A stretch of DNA of 64,000 nt. Origin: a virus (lineage: Duplodnaviria; Caudoviricetes). The DNA is taken from positions 15,250 through 79,249 of IMG/VR virus record IMGVR_UViG_3300033121_001167, one strand, 5' to 3'. Position numbers and translations under genes: made by a program. Below the pieces are notes generated by a model, which saw only the letters and a list, made by a program, of their open reading frames with translations, was not told where the DNA came from and searched no databases. Below are positions 1 to 9,542 of this stretch, piece by piece; within the stretch, counting starts at the first letter, position 1, and each line of letters begins with the position of its first letter.

Positions 1-62
1 TGCTCATTTACATCTGTGACGATGTCGAGTATTTCGTCTAATGTTTTATCAAAAAATGTCAT
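1..62 (-). CDS. 5' end of a gene running off the window (MTFFDKTLDEILDIVTDVNE...)
   Basis: ATG at 62 on the minus strand, open to the window edge, just downstream of a promoter. N-terminus resembles the KTIDEIL start of the methyltransferase at 3000-3605. Confidence 0.6.
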   Translation of the reverse strand, partial: MTFFDKTLDEILDIVTDVNE

Positions 63-79
63 AAGTGTTTTATTTTTTA

Positions 80-121
80 CAATTATACAAAAACTTTTTA
101 AATAATCCAAATTATTAACAG
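80..121 (-). promoter_or_regulatory. Bacteroidota-type sigma70 promoter
   Basis: Minus strand TGTTAATAATTTG (-33 TTTG at 108-111), 20 nt spacer, TATAATTG (-7 box, 80-87). Confidence 0.6.
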
Positions 122-300
122 ATTTTTAACAAATATAAACCAATAAGTGTAAGGATCACCCACCATAAGTTTTTCATTATCAAATAAACAAATCTGAAAT
201 TTCTTGTAGTTTGTGTGATTTTTAATTTGTCTGCCTTAATTCCATATCGGCGTAGATAGTCATACATTTTTTGAATATCGTGATCATATAGTGGCTTCAT
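115..300 (-). CDS. hypothetical protein with C-terminal hydrophobic segment
   Basis: 61 aa ORF, codirectional with neighbours. Confidence 0.55.
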   Translation of the reverse strand: MKPLYDHDIQKMYDYLRRYGIKADKLKITQTTRNFRFVYLIMKNLWWVILTLIGLYLLKIC

Positions 301-346
301 CTATAATAAATAATTTTGTTTTTACAATAATATTAAAAGTTTTTGA

Positions 347-577
347 TTATTGAGGAACAATCTTCCAATAGGATGGTTCACCTTCACGAAAATCGCCTTC
401 AACAAGTTCAAGTTTCCATCCATACGATTCCAACCATTCAACCAATTTAGGACTTTTTGAAATCTCATCATTTTTAAAAGTGAATCTACCATACGCAACC
501 GCACATTCAATGTTAACAATCGATTTCTTTAAAAGATTGTCCGAACTTGGATAATTTGTTTCTTCTGGTCTTAGCAT
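347..577 (-). CDS. hypothetical protein
   Basis: 76 aa ORF overlapping the upstream stop. Confidence 0.6.
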   Translation of the reverse strand: MLRPEETNYPSSDNLLKKSIVNIECAVAYGRFTFKNDEISKSPKLVEWLESYGWKLELVEGDFREGEPSYWKIVPQ

Positions 578-1617
578 AATTTTGAAATTTGATTTAAAAC
601 TTCTTCGTTTGTGATGAATGGTTTTTGTTTGAATAGATTATCAAAATTTTGTTTACTTGATTGTTCCAAAATACTCCACCATTCCCCCTTGTCCTTCGCA
701 GTACATTTACCGAGTGGGTTTAATTCATCCAATACGCCCATCCGTTTTTTTGGATGCCTCCTATTATGTGAATGGAGAATATTGCTAACATTGTACTGGA
801 CAAATTCATCGCCAAGCAGTTTTTTTGCAATGACACCCAGACTTACATCTTCGGAATTGTGGATGAGTGCGTGTGGAATGTTGATGCCACTCTTTAATAA
901 ATCTGTACTAAACCCGACACACGATCCGTCAAATCTGGGGTTATCAAAACTAACTATTTCGGTACTTTCAAACGGAATATTATTCACGTCCTCCATTTCC
1001 CCCCATGACATATAACCTTTACCAGATTCAATCGCATTAAATTGCCAATCTTCATCATCTACGAATTTAACATCCTTATATTTTGGATGTAAGGGTGCAA
1101 ACGAATTATCCCACAATTTTCTGTCGGCAAAATTTACAATGTATTTAGGCGTTATCGCTTTGACTGATTCATGCAATTGATCTAAAATTCTCAGTGTTTG
1201 GCTGGGCCATAATGAATCAGTTTCACTCCACAGAATTACATCTGCTTTGTCTTGGAAATCGTAACAAAAATCGCGCCTATAAGATGCTATGTTGTAAAAA
1301 TCGTGGGTCGTGGCTTTTTGATAAAATTTCAACTGTTTCTTAAAATTGCGGTCAAGTTTCAAATATACCAAATCCCCGAGCGCATTCTCATTATGCCGTT
1401 CGGTTTTACCAACAGGAATTGCATATCTTTGCCGGAAATACTCCCAATCCACCTTTTCAAGATATTGTTGGGTTGAAAAACAAAACTCAAAGGTAACATT
1501 TTCAGGATTTTCTATCCCTTCCAGCATTTTTTTACATGAATGAATGTGCTCATCCAACATTTCCAACTCGTAAAACTGGATCAAGCATCCGAAAATGTAT
1601 TTATTTTTTAAGATCAT
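571..1617 (-). CDS. putative glycosyltransferase (GT-A-like)
   Basis: 348 aa; DVILWSETD (DxD-like) motif, late H-x-H (HSHNR), located in a sugar-enzyme cluster. Confidence 0.5.
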   Translation of the reverse strand: MILKNKYIFGCLIQFYELEMLDEHIHSCKKMLEGIENPENVTFEFCFSTQQYLEKVDWEYFRQRYAIPVGKTERHNENALGDLVYLKLDRNFKKQLKFYQKATTHDFYNIASYRRDFCYDFQDKADVILWSETDSLWPSQTLRILDQLHESVKAITPKYIVNFADRKLWDNSFAPLHPKYKDVKFVDDEDWQFNAIESGKGYMSWGEMEDVNNIPFESTEIVSFDNPRFDGSCVGFSTDLLKSGINIPHALIHNSEDVSLGVIAKKLLGDEFVQYNVSNILHSHNRRHPKKRMGVLDELNPLGKCTAKDKGEWWSILEQSSKQNFDNLFKQKPFITNEEVLNQISKLC

Positions 1618-2185
1618 AATAAGGAAAAACGTTTCGGTCGTAATATTGTTTACAGTCGTTCATACAAAAATCAATTTCAATTTCGGAAACTGGGCGAAAG
1701 TGCCAAGCATCAACACCGACATTTATCATCTTGGGTTGGACTTTCCACAATCCATGAATATGTCCTGTAATTGCAAAATCAATTTGTGGGTTGTTGTGAA
1801 TTTCAGTTAGACAACCAGTCGGATAATGATTCAAATGCAACTGTTGCCCGTTCAATTCAATTGTATGATTTTCATAAATTTCATCAAAATAATCAGCCAA
1901 CAAATACAGTTTGTCTTCATCATAGTTTCCCACGATTAAATTCCATTTTATTTTTGGATTGTAGTCGCGCATTTGCCGCAAAATACGAATTGAATCAGAA
2001 TTGTATCCGAAAATGACATCACCCAAATGCCAAAATTCAGTCATCAGTTCGCAACTAATGAAATGATCTCGGATTGTTTCATTCTGTTCATCAATCGTAT
2101 TAAATGGACGATAAAATAGATTCGGGTTGCCATCAATACCAATCCGACTTTCACCCAAATGCCAATCGCTTGAAAAATACTTCAT
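1601..2185 (-). CDS. calcineurin-like metallophosphoesterase
   Basis: SDWHLG, HLGD, GNYD (GNHD variant), HYP and GHIH motifs. Confidence 0.85.
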   Translation of the reverse strand: MKYFSSDWHLGESRIGIDGNPNLFYRPFNTIDEQNETIRDHFISCELMTEFWHLGDVIFGYNSDSIRILRQMRDYNPKIKWNLIVGNYDEDKLYLLADYFDEIYENHTIELNGQQLHLNHYPTGCLTEIHNNPQIDFAITGHIHGLWKVQPKMINVGVDAWHFRPVSEIEIDFCMNDCKQYYDRNVFPYYDLKK

Positions 2186-2499
2186 TTAATAGATATTATT
2201 TTGTAATTTAATATAGGAAACTCCATTATGAATTGATGAGTTCGCTTATCTTCTTTGACGAAATATAAATCTCCATTGTATCGGGTGATATAAAATATTG
2301 ACTTTGCAGTTGTCCATGTTAAATCCAATATATTATTACCACACCCACAAAAATTTGCACGAATAACCGGAAAATCTGATATATGAATGTAGGTTTGATC
2401 TGCAATTATACGAGTGCCAATCAGTTCCAATTCTATTCGTTTGAAACTTGGCTGTGAATATGCAAATACCGGAAGTAACAGAAAATATAGTAATTTCAT
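2182..2499 (-). CDS. hypothetical exported protein
   Basis: Signal-peptide-like N-terminus MKLLYFLLLPVFAYSQ. Confidence 0.6.
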   Translation of the reverse strand: MKLLYFLLLPVFAYSQPSFKRIELELIGTRIIADQTYIHISDFPVIRANFCGCGNNILDLTWTTAKSIFYITRYNGDLYFVKEDKRTHQFIMEFPILNYKIISIK

Positions 2500-2993
2500 G
2501 TCGTTTTATACAAGCAAAAGCCACTAAGATCACCAACCAAGAATTTTACATCGCTGATGCCATAGCCAGAGACTGGATATTTTTTCCAAATCATTTTATA
2601 CAATTTATCTTTTTGTGGGTCTGTCTTTACACTACCATCTTTATGAACTGATATGATTGCAACACATTGTGGTTTCTTTTTTGCAATATATCGCTCAACT
2701 GCATCTTTGACAGTTTTATATAGAGCCAACGCCGAATTAAGTTCAAGATTGGTATATTTTGCGTCTTCCCCATTCACTGTGAAACTGACATTTACCAATT
2801 CTGTTATTTTGTCTTGTAAAAACGGGAGAAATTCAAATTCATTAATGTTAGTTTTTTCGTCAAATTCAACCACAATTTCAAGATCGTCCGCAGTTTTGAA
2901 TTTAGCAAAATGACCGCTCCAACGAATTGGATAAGATTTGACTGTGTTGAAATCTAAGATTTCCTTCAAGATTTCCATTAATGATATTTTCAT
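2496..2993 (-). CDS. hypothetical protein
   Basis: 165 aa ORF, ATGA-coupled; starts MKISLMEILKEI. Confidence 0.7.
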   Translation of the reverse strand: MKISLMEILKEILDFNTVKSYPIRWSGHFAKFKTADDLEIVVEFDEKTNINEFEFLPFLQDKITELVNVSFTVNGEDAKYTNLELNSALALYKTVKDAVERYIAKKKPQCVAIISVHKDGSVKTDPQKDKLYKMIWKKYPVSGYGISDVKFLVGDLSGFCLYKTT

Positions 2994-2999
2994 AATCTG

Positions 3000-3605
3000 T
3001 TATGTTAATTTACAAATCATTCCCTCTGCGTCTTTTCTCAAAATGCGCTCAGGACTTCCGCCAAAATTGTGACGCACATCATGCCCAATTGAACATACTT
3101 TTTCCAGTTGTCCAACATAAATTAGTTGTTGTACTGCTAAATAAACATCATCAAATAGTCCTACATCATCAAACACAAAATACACGTCCCCATCGGCGTG
3201 TTTTAAATTTTTTGCCCTACTAACATCCATCAGAATTTGATCGGTTGTGTGACCCGCATCTATCACAAACACTGATATTGGACTATGTGCGAAATTTGAA
3301 TCTACTGGAGTATCGTACAAATTCATCTCAATAAATTTGATATTACTCCGGTCAAAATTCAATTTTTGTGCAGCATCCATGTGTCCGGGTAAATTAATTG
3401 TGTAAACTTTGTTGAACAGATATGACAAAACCCGTGTTGTGCCACCTTTATGTGTTCCAAATTCTACGCAATTGAATTTTTGATGGTTGGGCAATGCTTT
3501 AAAAAAATTCCACAAATCCGTTTTAAACTTATTGGATGTAGTTGTAAGATTCGTGTGTTTGTCTTCACCAACTTCCAATAAAATTTCGTCAATTGTCTTA
3601 AACAT
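3000..3605 (-). CDS. class I SAM-dependent methyltransferase (Methyltransf_24-like)
   Basis: VEFGTHKGGT motif I; VIDAGHT; VFDD. Confidence 0.8.
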   Translation of the reverse strand: MFKTIDEILLEVGEDKHTNLTTTSNKFKTDLWNFFKALPNHQKFNCVEFGTHKGGTTRVLSYLFNKVYTINLPGHMDAAQKLNFDRSNIKFIEMNLYDTPVDSNFAHSPISVFVIDAGHTTDQILMDVSRAKNLKHADGDVYFVFDDVGLFDDVYLAVQQLIYVGQLEKVCSIGHDVRHNFGGSPERILRKDAEGMICKLT

Positions 3606-3816
3606 ATATAAAATTAAATTCAGTTTCTAACGGAAACAATAATCCGCCAATATGAGTTTGTGAAATGGATACGAAATCAACTACTCTCGCTTTCAGTTCA
3701 TCGTGTTGAATATCAGGCAATGCCCAATTTAATGGCAATTTAAAACTTATGGCTTTATCATCGGCCCAACACTTAATTTGTCCGTTCAAATTTACTTGGT
3801 ATGAAATTGTTCGCAT
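3598..3816 (-). CDS. hypothetical protein
   Basis: 72 aa coupled ORF. Confidence 0.6.
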   Translation of the reverse strand: MRTISYQVNLNGQIKCWADDKAISFKLPLNWALPDIQHDELKARVVDFVSISQTHIGGLLFPLETEFNFIYV

Positions 3817-4646
3817 TATTTTAAGATTAGTGGAGCAATGATGTCAAAATTGACTTTAAACGATGATGTTGGTTTGATTGGTAAGTTCAGTTCGGAACCA
3901 ATCCTTAACAATGTATCTTTTTTGACTGCATACAGTTCTTTTTCGGTTTTAAACAACATCTTGCACACGTCTAAAAACGATTTGGGAGACGGGTGCGCGG
4001 TCTTTGGATAAACTGAAGCCATAAATTGTCTATCAACAACGGACAATTCCGTATTTTCCTTTGTCGCAAATCCATCCATTGTCCAACTTGCTGGAAATGG
4101 GTACATCATAATAGATGATGTATCAGCTTCTGTCCCATTTGTTTGATCTTTGCTGTATTTATCCAGCACATTGTGACGAATGGTCGCTACATTCCAAGAA
4201 TTGGGCGGTTTACTCAAGTCTTTGATAACATTTGCTTCATTCCATTTAATGCCACCTTTTGGATTTTGGTGTTCATGCCCCATACCAATCGCATGCCCAA
4301 ATTCGTGGAGGACAACTCCTTTATCCAACCATCCCAGATTCAATGTTGGTTGGTTGGTTGGAATGTCCCTTGCATCGGTACCAATGTAAGACCATGCGCC
4401 ATCGTTCTCATCAAATGCTACTCTAATTTCACTATTTACGTCTTCACTTCTAACAAATTGCAAATTTACTACATCCATCCAATCCTTTAGCGCATTCATC
4501 ACAAATTGTTTTTGCGATTCTGTACCTTCCATAAATTTTACCCGCAGTTTTTGCCCGTTTGTCCAATATTTTTCTGGAAATGTGACGGCTTCTGCTGAAC
4601 GAGAAGTTAACTGGATTGGTAATTCTTTATCAATACAAAATTTCAT
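3816..4646 (-). CDS. metzincin zinc metalloprotease (astacin/M12A-like)
   Basis: HEFGHAIGMGHEH zinc motif and SIMMY Met-turn. Confidence 0.9.
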   Translation of the reverse strand: MKFCIDKELPIQLTSRSAEAVTFPEKYWTNGQKLRVKFMEGTESQKQFVMNALKDWMDVVNLQFVRSEDVNSEIRVAFDENDGAWSYIGTDARDIPTNQPTLNLGWLDKGVVLHEFGHAIGMGHEHQNPKGGIKWNEANVIKDLSKPPNSWNVATIRHNVLDKYSKDQTNGTEADTSSIMMYPFPASWTMDGFATKENTELSVVDRQFMASVYPKTAHPSPKSFLDVCKMLFKTEKELYAVKKDTLLRIGSELNLPIKPTSSFKVNFDIIAPLILK

Positions 4647-4735
4647 TTGTTATTCTCCCAAAAATTATAAGTGTGTATATTAAAAGTAGTGATAAAACAC
4701 TACAAAACAAAATTACGTCTAAAACTGCTGACCAT

Positions 4736-4978
4736 TTAACGGTTTTCATAATTTTGACTTAGTTTAATGGCCTTTTTTATATTATGATCTGATAAGATGA
4801 AAATTAAATCGGAAATGTTAGTCCAAAAACACTTACCAGTCGTCTTAGTGGATATTTTTGCACGATCTTCAAAAACATACTCCAAGACAAATCGCATTTG
4901 AGGTTTGGTCTGCCATTTTGTGTGGTAATTACAGCCAATTACAATGCTGGATTCGGTGAAGTTATGAATCAATTTCAT
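4736..4978 (-). CDS. hypothetical protein
   Basis: 80 aa ORF. Confidence 0.6.
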   Translation of the reverse strand: MKLIHNFTESSIVIGCNYHTKWQTKPQMRFVLEYVFEDRAKISTKTTGKCFWTNISDLIFILSDHNIKKAIKLSQNYENR

Positions 4979-5751
4979 GACAAACGCAACATGGTGGTTT
5001 GGCAGTTATCATACAAATATTCGTAAGTTTTTTTAAGCCAATGATTTACGTTTTTCACACCACCTTCCATCGCATTAAAATGGTAAATTCCCGGAATATC
5101 AGTAAATAACATTCGGTCATCTAAAATATTCTTCCTTGATAAATCCTGCATGTTAAACTGGTAGGGAAGCAATTTCACATAAATATCATTTTCGTTGGTA
5201 ATTAAGTTGCAAATTGGCTGGTCAGTTCCGACCCCGTACTTCTTTTGCACTTCACGAACCTTTGAATCATTTTCCCAATAAAAATCCATCAACTTTTCGT
5301 GGAATAGTATGAAGGTCGGGTTCGTTATCATAAATCCAGTATTGAAATATTTCCAAATATCAAATTTCTTAGTAAAATGGGTTGGAAACTCGTGTTGATA
5401 GTTTTCAATGCTTCGTATAATCCAATCATAGTCTCCATCATTATGAACTGCACAGAAATTATGGTCGCTCAATTCAAAGAAATTTGGGCAATGGGGATGG
5501 ACAATCGTATCAGCATCAACTAAACAAACCTGATCCACGGCTTCACCTGCAAGCAATTTATGCCAGTAATGTCGGAAGTAAATCGGACTGACGGATTCCA
5601 ATGGAAACAACGGCTCGTCTAATACCCGTAGTTCGCATTTATTTGCGTTACACCACACTTTCCATGACTCAATGGAGTATTTATACCCCTCCGAACTTTG
5701 GGGCTTGTGTGGGCTATTTATTGCGGTTATAAGAACGAAGTTATTTTTCAA
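4975..5751 (-). CDS. glycosyltransferase, GT8-like
   Basis: VDADT (DxD), FNTGFM, GTDQ, YHF motifs. Confidence 0.8.
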   Translation of the reverse strand: MKNNFVLITAINSPHKPQSSEGYKYSIESWKVWCNANKCELRVLDEPLFPLESVSPIYFRHYWHKLLAGEAVDQVCLVDADTIVHPHCPNFFELSDHNFCAVHNDGDYDWIIRSIENYQHEFPTHFTKKFDIWKYFNTGFMITNPTFILFHEKLMDFYWENDSKVREVQKKYGVGTDQPICNLITNENDIYVKLLPYQFNMQDLSRKNILDDRMLFTDIPGIYHFNAMEGGVKNVNHWLKKTYEYLYDNCQTTMLRLS

Positions 5752-6073
5752 TTTTATTACTCGGTTTATAAATTACACTTACTTCGGATTCTACCCAACA
5801 AACACTATCTTCATCAAATTTCCAACCCATCTCGTATGGAGTATAATTCGGATGACTTTGTAATGCCCAATCAAACCCGATGAGTTTGCGATTAAATTCT
5901 TGAACTGCCCATATTTTGTACCAATATGGTTCAGGTCGCTCATTTTTAATATATATCGGATCGTAATCTTCTGTAATTAGACGGAATATGCTATTGAAGA
6001 TGGGAGTTCCGTCCTCATTTAAATTGGATGGGTGGGTCTGGATGTAATCCAATAAAAATTGTTTTGCTGTCAT
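5741..6073 (-). CDS. hypothetical protein
   Basis: 110 aa ORF. Confidence 0.65.
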   Translation of the reverse strand: MTAKQFLLDYIQTHPSNLNEDGTPIFNSIFRLITEDYDPIYIKNERPEPYWYKIWAVQEFNRKLIGFDWALQSHPNYTPYEMGWKFDEDSVCWVESEVSVIYKPSNKIEK

Positions 6074-6373
6074 ATTGAAGTGTAAATTAAATATGCAATT
6101 AATGTAATTACAAATGATGTTAGTACATTGCGATAGTATATAACAATGCTTATGTCGGGCATCATCCGAAGAGTTTTCAAAGACCTAAAATACATCCCAA
6201 CATTACAAAGGATAAATAAAATAATGAACCAATAAACCATTTAAAATGTTTGTTTTAGTGTTGTACGGCGAAATTTATAGCATATAATTAAAAATGCTAT
6301 ACCACCAAGAATCATAACAACGTCTTCGGTAATAATGTAGTGCATATTTTTTCCTTTTATTTAGTTAAAAATT

Positions 6374-7456
6374 TCATTTCAACATATTATTTAATTCTTT
6401 GGAAATATGGACACACGTTGCAATTTTTCCACTGAATATGGAATATAATTGATTGTTGTGCTTTGTTATATAACTTGGGCGACCATCATCCTGTTCTCTG
6501 TTCGGAAGAACTGTCCGAACTGTGAACATTGAGCCAGCATAATATACATTATCACTTGCAAAATTTGGTCGCTTTTCAGTTGTTGGAATTGTTGGACTGC
6601 CATTAAAATTGAAAAAGTCGCGGCTGGCATTGATTATTTGCTTATGATTTGAGTTAGTGTATCCTTTTGTAATACCACAATTCAAATATGGGCGAATTTC
6701 AGAAGGAACTGTAAAAAACTTGCCGACTTGCCGTTCATGTATTGCTTCCTTTACATGCCCCATAATGTGGTAATATTCATTAAACCCATGCGGATCAATA
6801 CAACAAAACTCCCCATCCATAATTACCGCAGATTTTCCTTTCCATTCTCGCCCAACCGAAATAACGGGCTTTTCACACAATTCAAATTGATAATCAATAT
6901 GGTCATCTTCTGATAGTAAGAAATTCAAATTTGAATAGGTGCAATTTATTACAACATCAAATTCTGACATCATTTGTTTTGTGAATTGAGTATTTAATTT
7001 CACATCTATATTACACTTCCGCAATTTTTCGTTACAAATTAAATACAATTGCGCAATATCAAATGAATTTTCATGCACTTTGACGATCAAATCTAAATTT
7101 TCACATTTCAACAAATCAAGATTTTGAATTATTTCGTAATCAAGTTTGCTTGTTTCTAAAAATGTCAGGTATTGTTCTTTATCGGTCAGTGAATTGTTGG
7201 ACGCAATCGCATAATATCTATCAACTCCGTGATTGACTATACACCCATCAAATTCACGTTCAAATTCTTGGGTGGATTGTATCATTTCGTTTGAACGTGG
7301 ATAATGGTATCCTCTATGCAATCTGTACTGATTACATCCACTTGCTGAATTTAAAATTCCAGACGACATTTCAAACAAAGTGATGTTGTGCCGTTCTGAA
7401 AGTTTTATCGCAGATGTAATTCCAAAAATTCCTGCTCCAACAACTGCTATTTTCAT
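6374..7456 (-). CDS. FAD-dependent oxidoreductase (DAO-like)
   Basis: N-terminal GAGIFG Rossmann motif; ASGCNQYRLHRGYHYPR; C-terminal SGKI. Confidence 0.85.
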   Translation of the reverse strand: MKIAVVGAGIFGITSAIKLSERHNITLFEMSSGILNSASGCNQYRLHRGYHYPRSNEMIQSTQEFEREFDGCIVNHGVDRYYAIASNNSLTDKEQYLTFLETSKLDYEIIQNLDLLKCENLDLIVKVHENSFDIAQLYLICNEKLRKCNIDVKLNTQFTKQMMSEFDVVINCTYSNLNFLLSEDDHIDYQFELCEKPVISVGREWKGKSAVIMDGEFCCIDPHGFNEYYHIMGHVKEAIHERQVGKFFTVPSEIRPYLNCGITKGYTNSNHKQIINASRDFFNFNGSPTIPTTEKRPNFASDNVYYAGSMFTVRTVLPNREQDDGRPSYITKHNNQLYSIFSGKIATCVHISKELNNMLK

Positions 7457-7500
7457 ATATCAATTCCACTCTAAATAGTATTCCAGAAAAATTTATACAT

Positions 7501-7896
7501 TTATTTTCTTAACGTTAAAGGCACTCTGGCCTGTATTGAAAAAATAGGTTGATCCCGATAATAATCTACATTTATCAATAGACATTCTTTCCAATGTATT
7601 TCAAGATTGAGAGGAGTTATGTACCCTTTACCAACAGTATAATACATTGGAGGAAGTGCTACAAATACACTGAAATCCTTCACTTTAAATGCCCTAATCG
7701 CAAATTTCAAATCAATTCGGTGGTAATTGTCCAAATTACTATTTACAGTCAATCTTGCAAACGCAATTTTTACATTAGACTCTGCATGGGCATTAAACAT
7801 CCACGGGTCTTTGTCGGAAACAGTAAACCCGCCAAACACTTTATCTTGTGCAAGTGCAAGATTTGAAAGCAATAGAAAAAATGCGATTAGTCTCAT
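7501..7896 (-). CDS. exported beta-strand-rich protein (outer-membrane-like)
   Basis: Signal peptide MRLIAFFLLLSNLALAQ followed by alternating hydrophobic/polar strands. Confidence 0.55.
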   Translation of the reverse strand: MRLIAFFLLLSNLALAQDKVFGGFTVSDKDPWMFNAHAESNVKIAFARLTVNSNLDNYHRIDLKFAIRAFKVKDFSVFVALPPMYYTVGKGYITPLNLEIHWKECLLINVDYYRDQPIFSIQARVPLTLRK

Positions 7897-8670
7897 TTAT
7901 ACATATTTCGTTTTAATTAAATTCCAAACATCTTGCATTACCTGAACTCGCTGCTCAATAGGAAATCCAGTGAAATGCCATATTTTCCCATATTTTAGAA
8001 AATGCGGCCAAGTTCGTTCATCTTCCATAACAAACTGGTTCGGAAAAAGTTGCCAGTTGTTTATGAACATATTTTTTTTATGGATTGAAAGCAAATTCCA
8101 TTCCGGAGTTAATAACTCAACCTCAACATTTAGTTTTTGAATTACAAAATTCAACAAGGTTTGCTCCTTACCTCCACCTACGATTGAGTCTATTTCAGAT
8201 TGTCTGTTTAAATACAACCAACACAGTTCTTCAAATACTTTTAGGTTAGCCTTCCCGAAAAACAAAACTCCGGCGTTTAGATATTTAAACACATCCAATT
8301 TGACATTTGGGAAGAAATGCTGTCGCTGTCCAATGGATGAATACAGCCAATTCAAGTCACACAAATCGTTTACACCGTACATTTTGTCAGGTTCAATTTG
8401 GTCAAAAATGTTTGGAGCATCCCAGCGGATCATCGTATCACTGTCAACAATTCCGATTTTATCATAACCAACACCTTTTTGATAAATTAATTCCTTGGTC
8501 CATATAGGGTAAGTAAACCGCTTATCGTGCTCAGTACAAACAACCAAGTCAATGTTGTGGTTTTTACAATAGTATTCCCACGTTTTAAGCGAATATACTG
8601 CATAATCCGAACATTGGATTTGTTTGGATGGGTCGTTTATGTTGACGATATATACGAGGGTTTTACTCAT
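7897..8670 (-). CDS. glycosyltransferase, GT8-like (paralog of 4975-5751)
   Basis: VDSDT, LNAGV, KEQ, WHFTG motifs. Confidence 0.8.
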   Translation of the reverse strand: MSKTLVYIVNINDPSKQIQCSDYAVYSLKTWEYYCKNHNIDLVVCTEHDKRFTYPIWTKELIYQKGVGYDKIGIVDSDTMIRWDAPNIFDQIEPDKMYGVNDLCDLNWLYSSIGQRQHFFPNVKLDVFKYLNAGVLFFGKANLKVFEELCWLYLNRQSEIDSIVGGGKEQTLLNFVIQKLNVEVELLTPEWNLLSIHKKNMFINNWQLFPNQFVMEDERTWPHFLKYGKIWHFTGFPIEQRVQVMQDVWNLIKTKYV

Positions 8671-9084
8671 TCAGTGCAATTTATGAAATTCGTTAATTGA
8701 ATCAGATACATTTTCAACTTCAGTCACTACAAATGAATCCCATGTTGATTGTTTTATTCGCAATCTATACCACTGTTCCAATTGCATTTTATTGCTTAAA
8801 AATAATTGGTTTGGCTTCTTAATTAACTTCTTCAACAATCTTGGCTGAAAATATTGGCAGGATTGGATTGAAGTTATTTCTATCTCCACACCATATTTGC
8901 TATATGGCGACTCGTGACAATATGCGACGAGTTCCAAATGATTTTGTTTTAACTGTTCGGTATCTTCGTAGTGCATCAGTAAAAATGATATATTGTTATA
9001 CTTAACATGAGTACAATGAACCAAAACAGTATCCACAAATGCGCGTTTAGTTCTTCTCGTTCCATAGAATGTTATACGTTTCAT
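8671..9084 (-). CDS. hypothetical protein
   Basis: ORF; start at MKRITF chosen from overlap with the upstream gene. Confidence 0.55.
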   Translation of the reverse strand: MKRITFYGTRRTKRAFVDTVLVHCTHVKYNNISFLLMHYEDTEQLKQNHLELVAYCHESPYSKYGVEIEITSIQSCQYFQPRLLKKLIKKPNQLFLSNKMQLEQWYRLRIKQSTWDSFVVTEVENVSDSINEFHKLH

Positions 9085-9265
9085 CAAACGTTTCCACAAA
9101 TGAACCTAAGCAAACCAAACCAAGAAACACTACAAGTGTTTTACCAAGGAAATGCCATTTAAACGGGTCTGGTTCGTTGCTTATAAAATAGCAAATACCA
9201 TACGTCAGCAAAAATATCACAAAGTACAATACCAATGTTATTAAAAATGCAATTAATGATTTCAT
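9047..9265 (-). CDS. small membrane protein (2 TM)
   Basis: Two hydrophobic helices; start MKSLIAF. Confidence 0.6.
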   Translation of the reverse strand: MKSLIAFLITLVLYFVIFLLTYGICYFISNEPDPFKWHFLGKTLVVFLGLVCLGSFVETFDETYNILWNEKN

Positions 9266-9290
9266 TTTACAAAATTTTAATTTAGGTAAT

Positions 9291-9542
9291 TTATGTGGGT
9301 TTCCAATAACCAATTACACTCTTAACATTGTTATGATAAGCAGTGATAGTTCCTGTTTCAAATTTAATCGGGCTAAACACAAATCTGGTATAATTTGCAT
9401 CTATTAATTCCTTCATAAACTCCACAGTTTCAAACTCGTCATCGCTCAGTTCATACCAATTTTGAGGTTTTGGTGATGGGCACCCATTCGTGTCAAGCAG
9501 TATCCCAACTGTATCAGATCGGCATATAATCAGTCTTTTCAT
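9291..9542 (-). CDS. hypothetical protein
   Basis: 83 aa ATGA-coupled ORF. Confidence 0.6.
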   Translation of the reverse strand: MKRLIICRSDTVGILLDTNGCPSPKPQNWYELSDDEFETVEFMKELIDANYTRFVFSPIKFETGTITAYHNNVKSVIGYWKPT

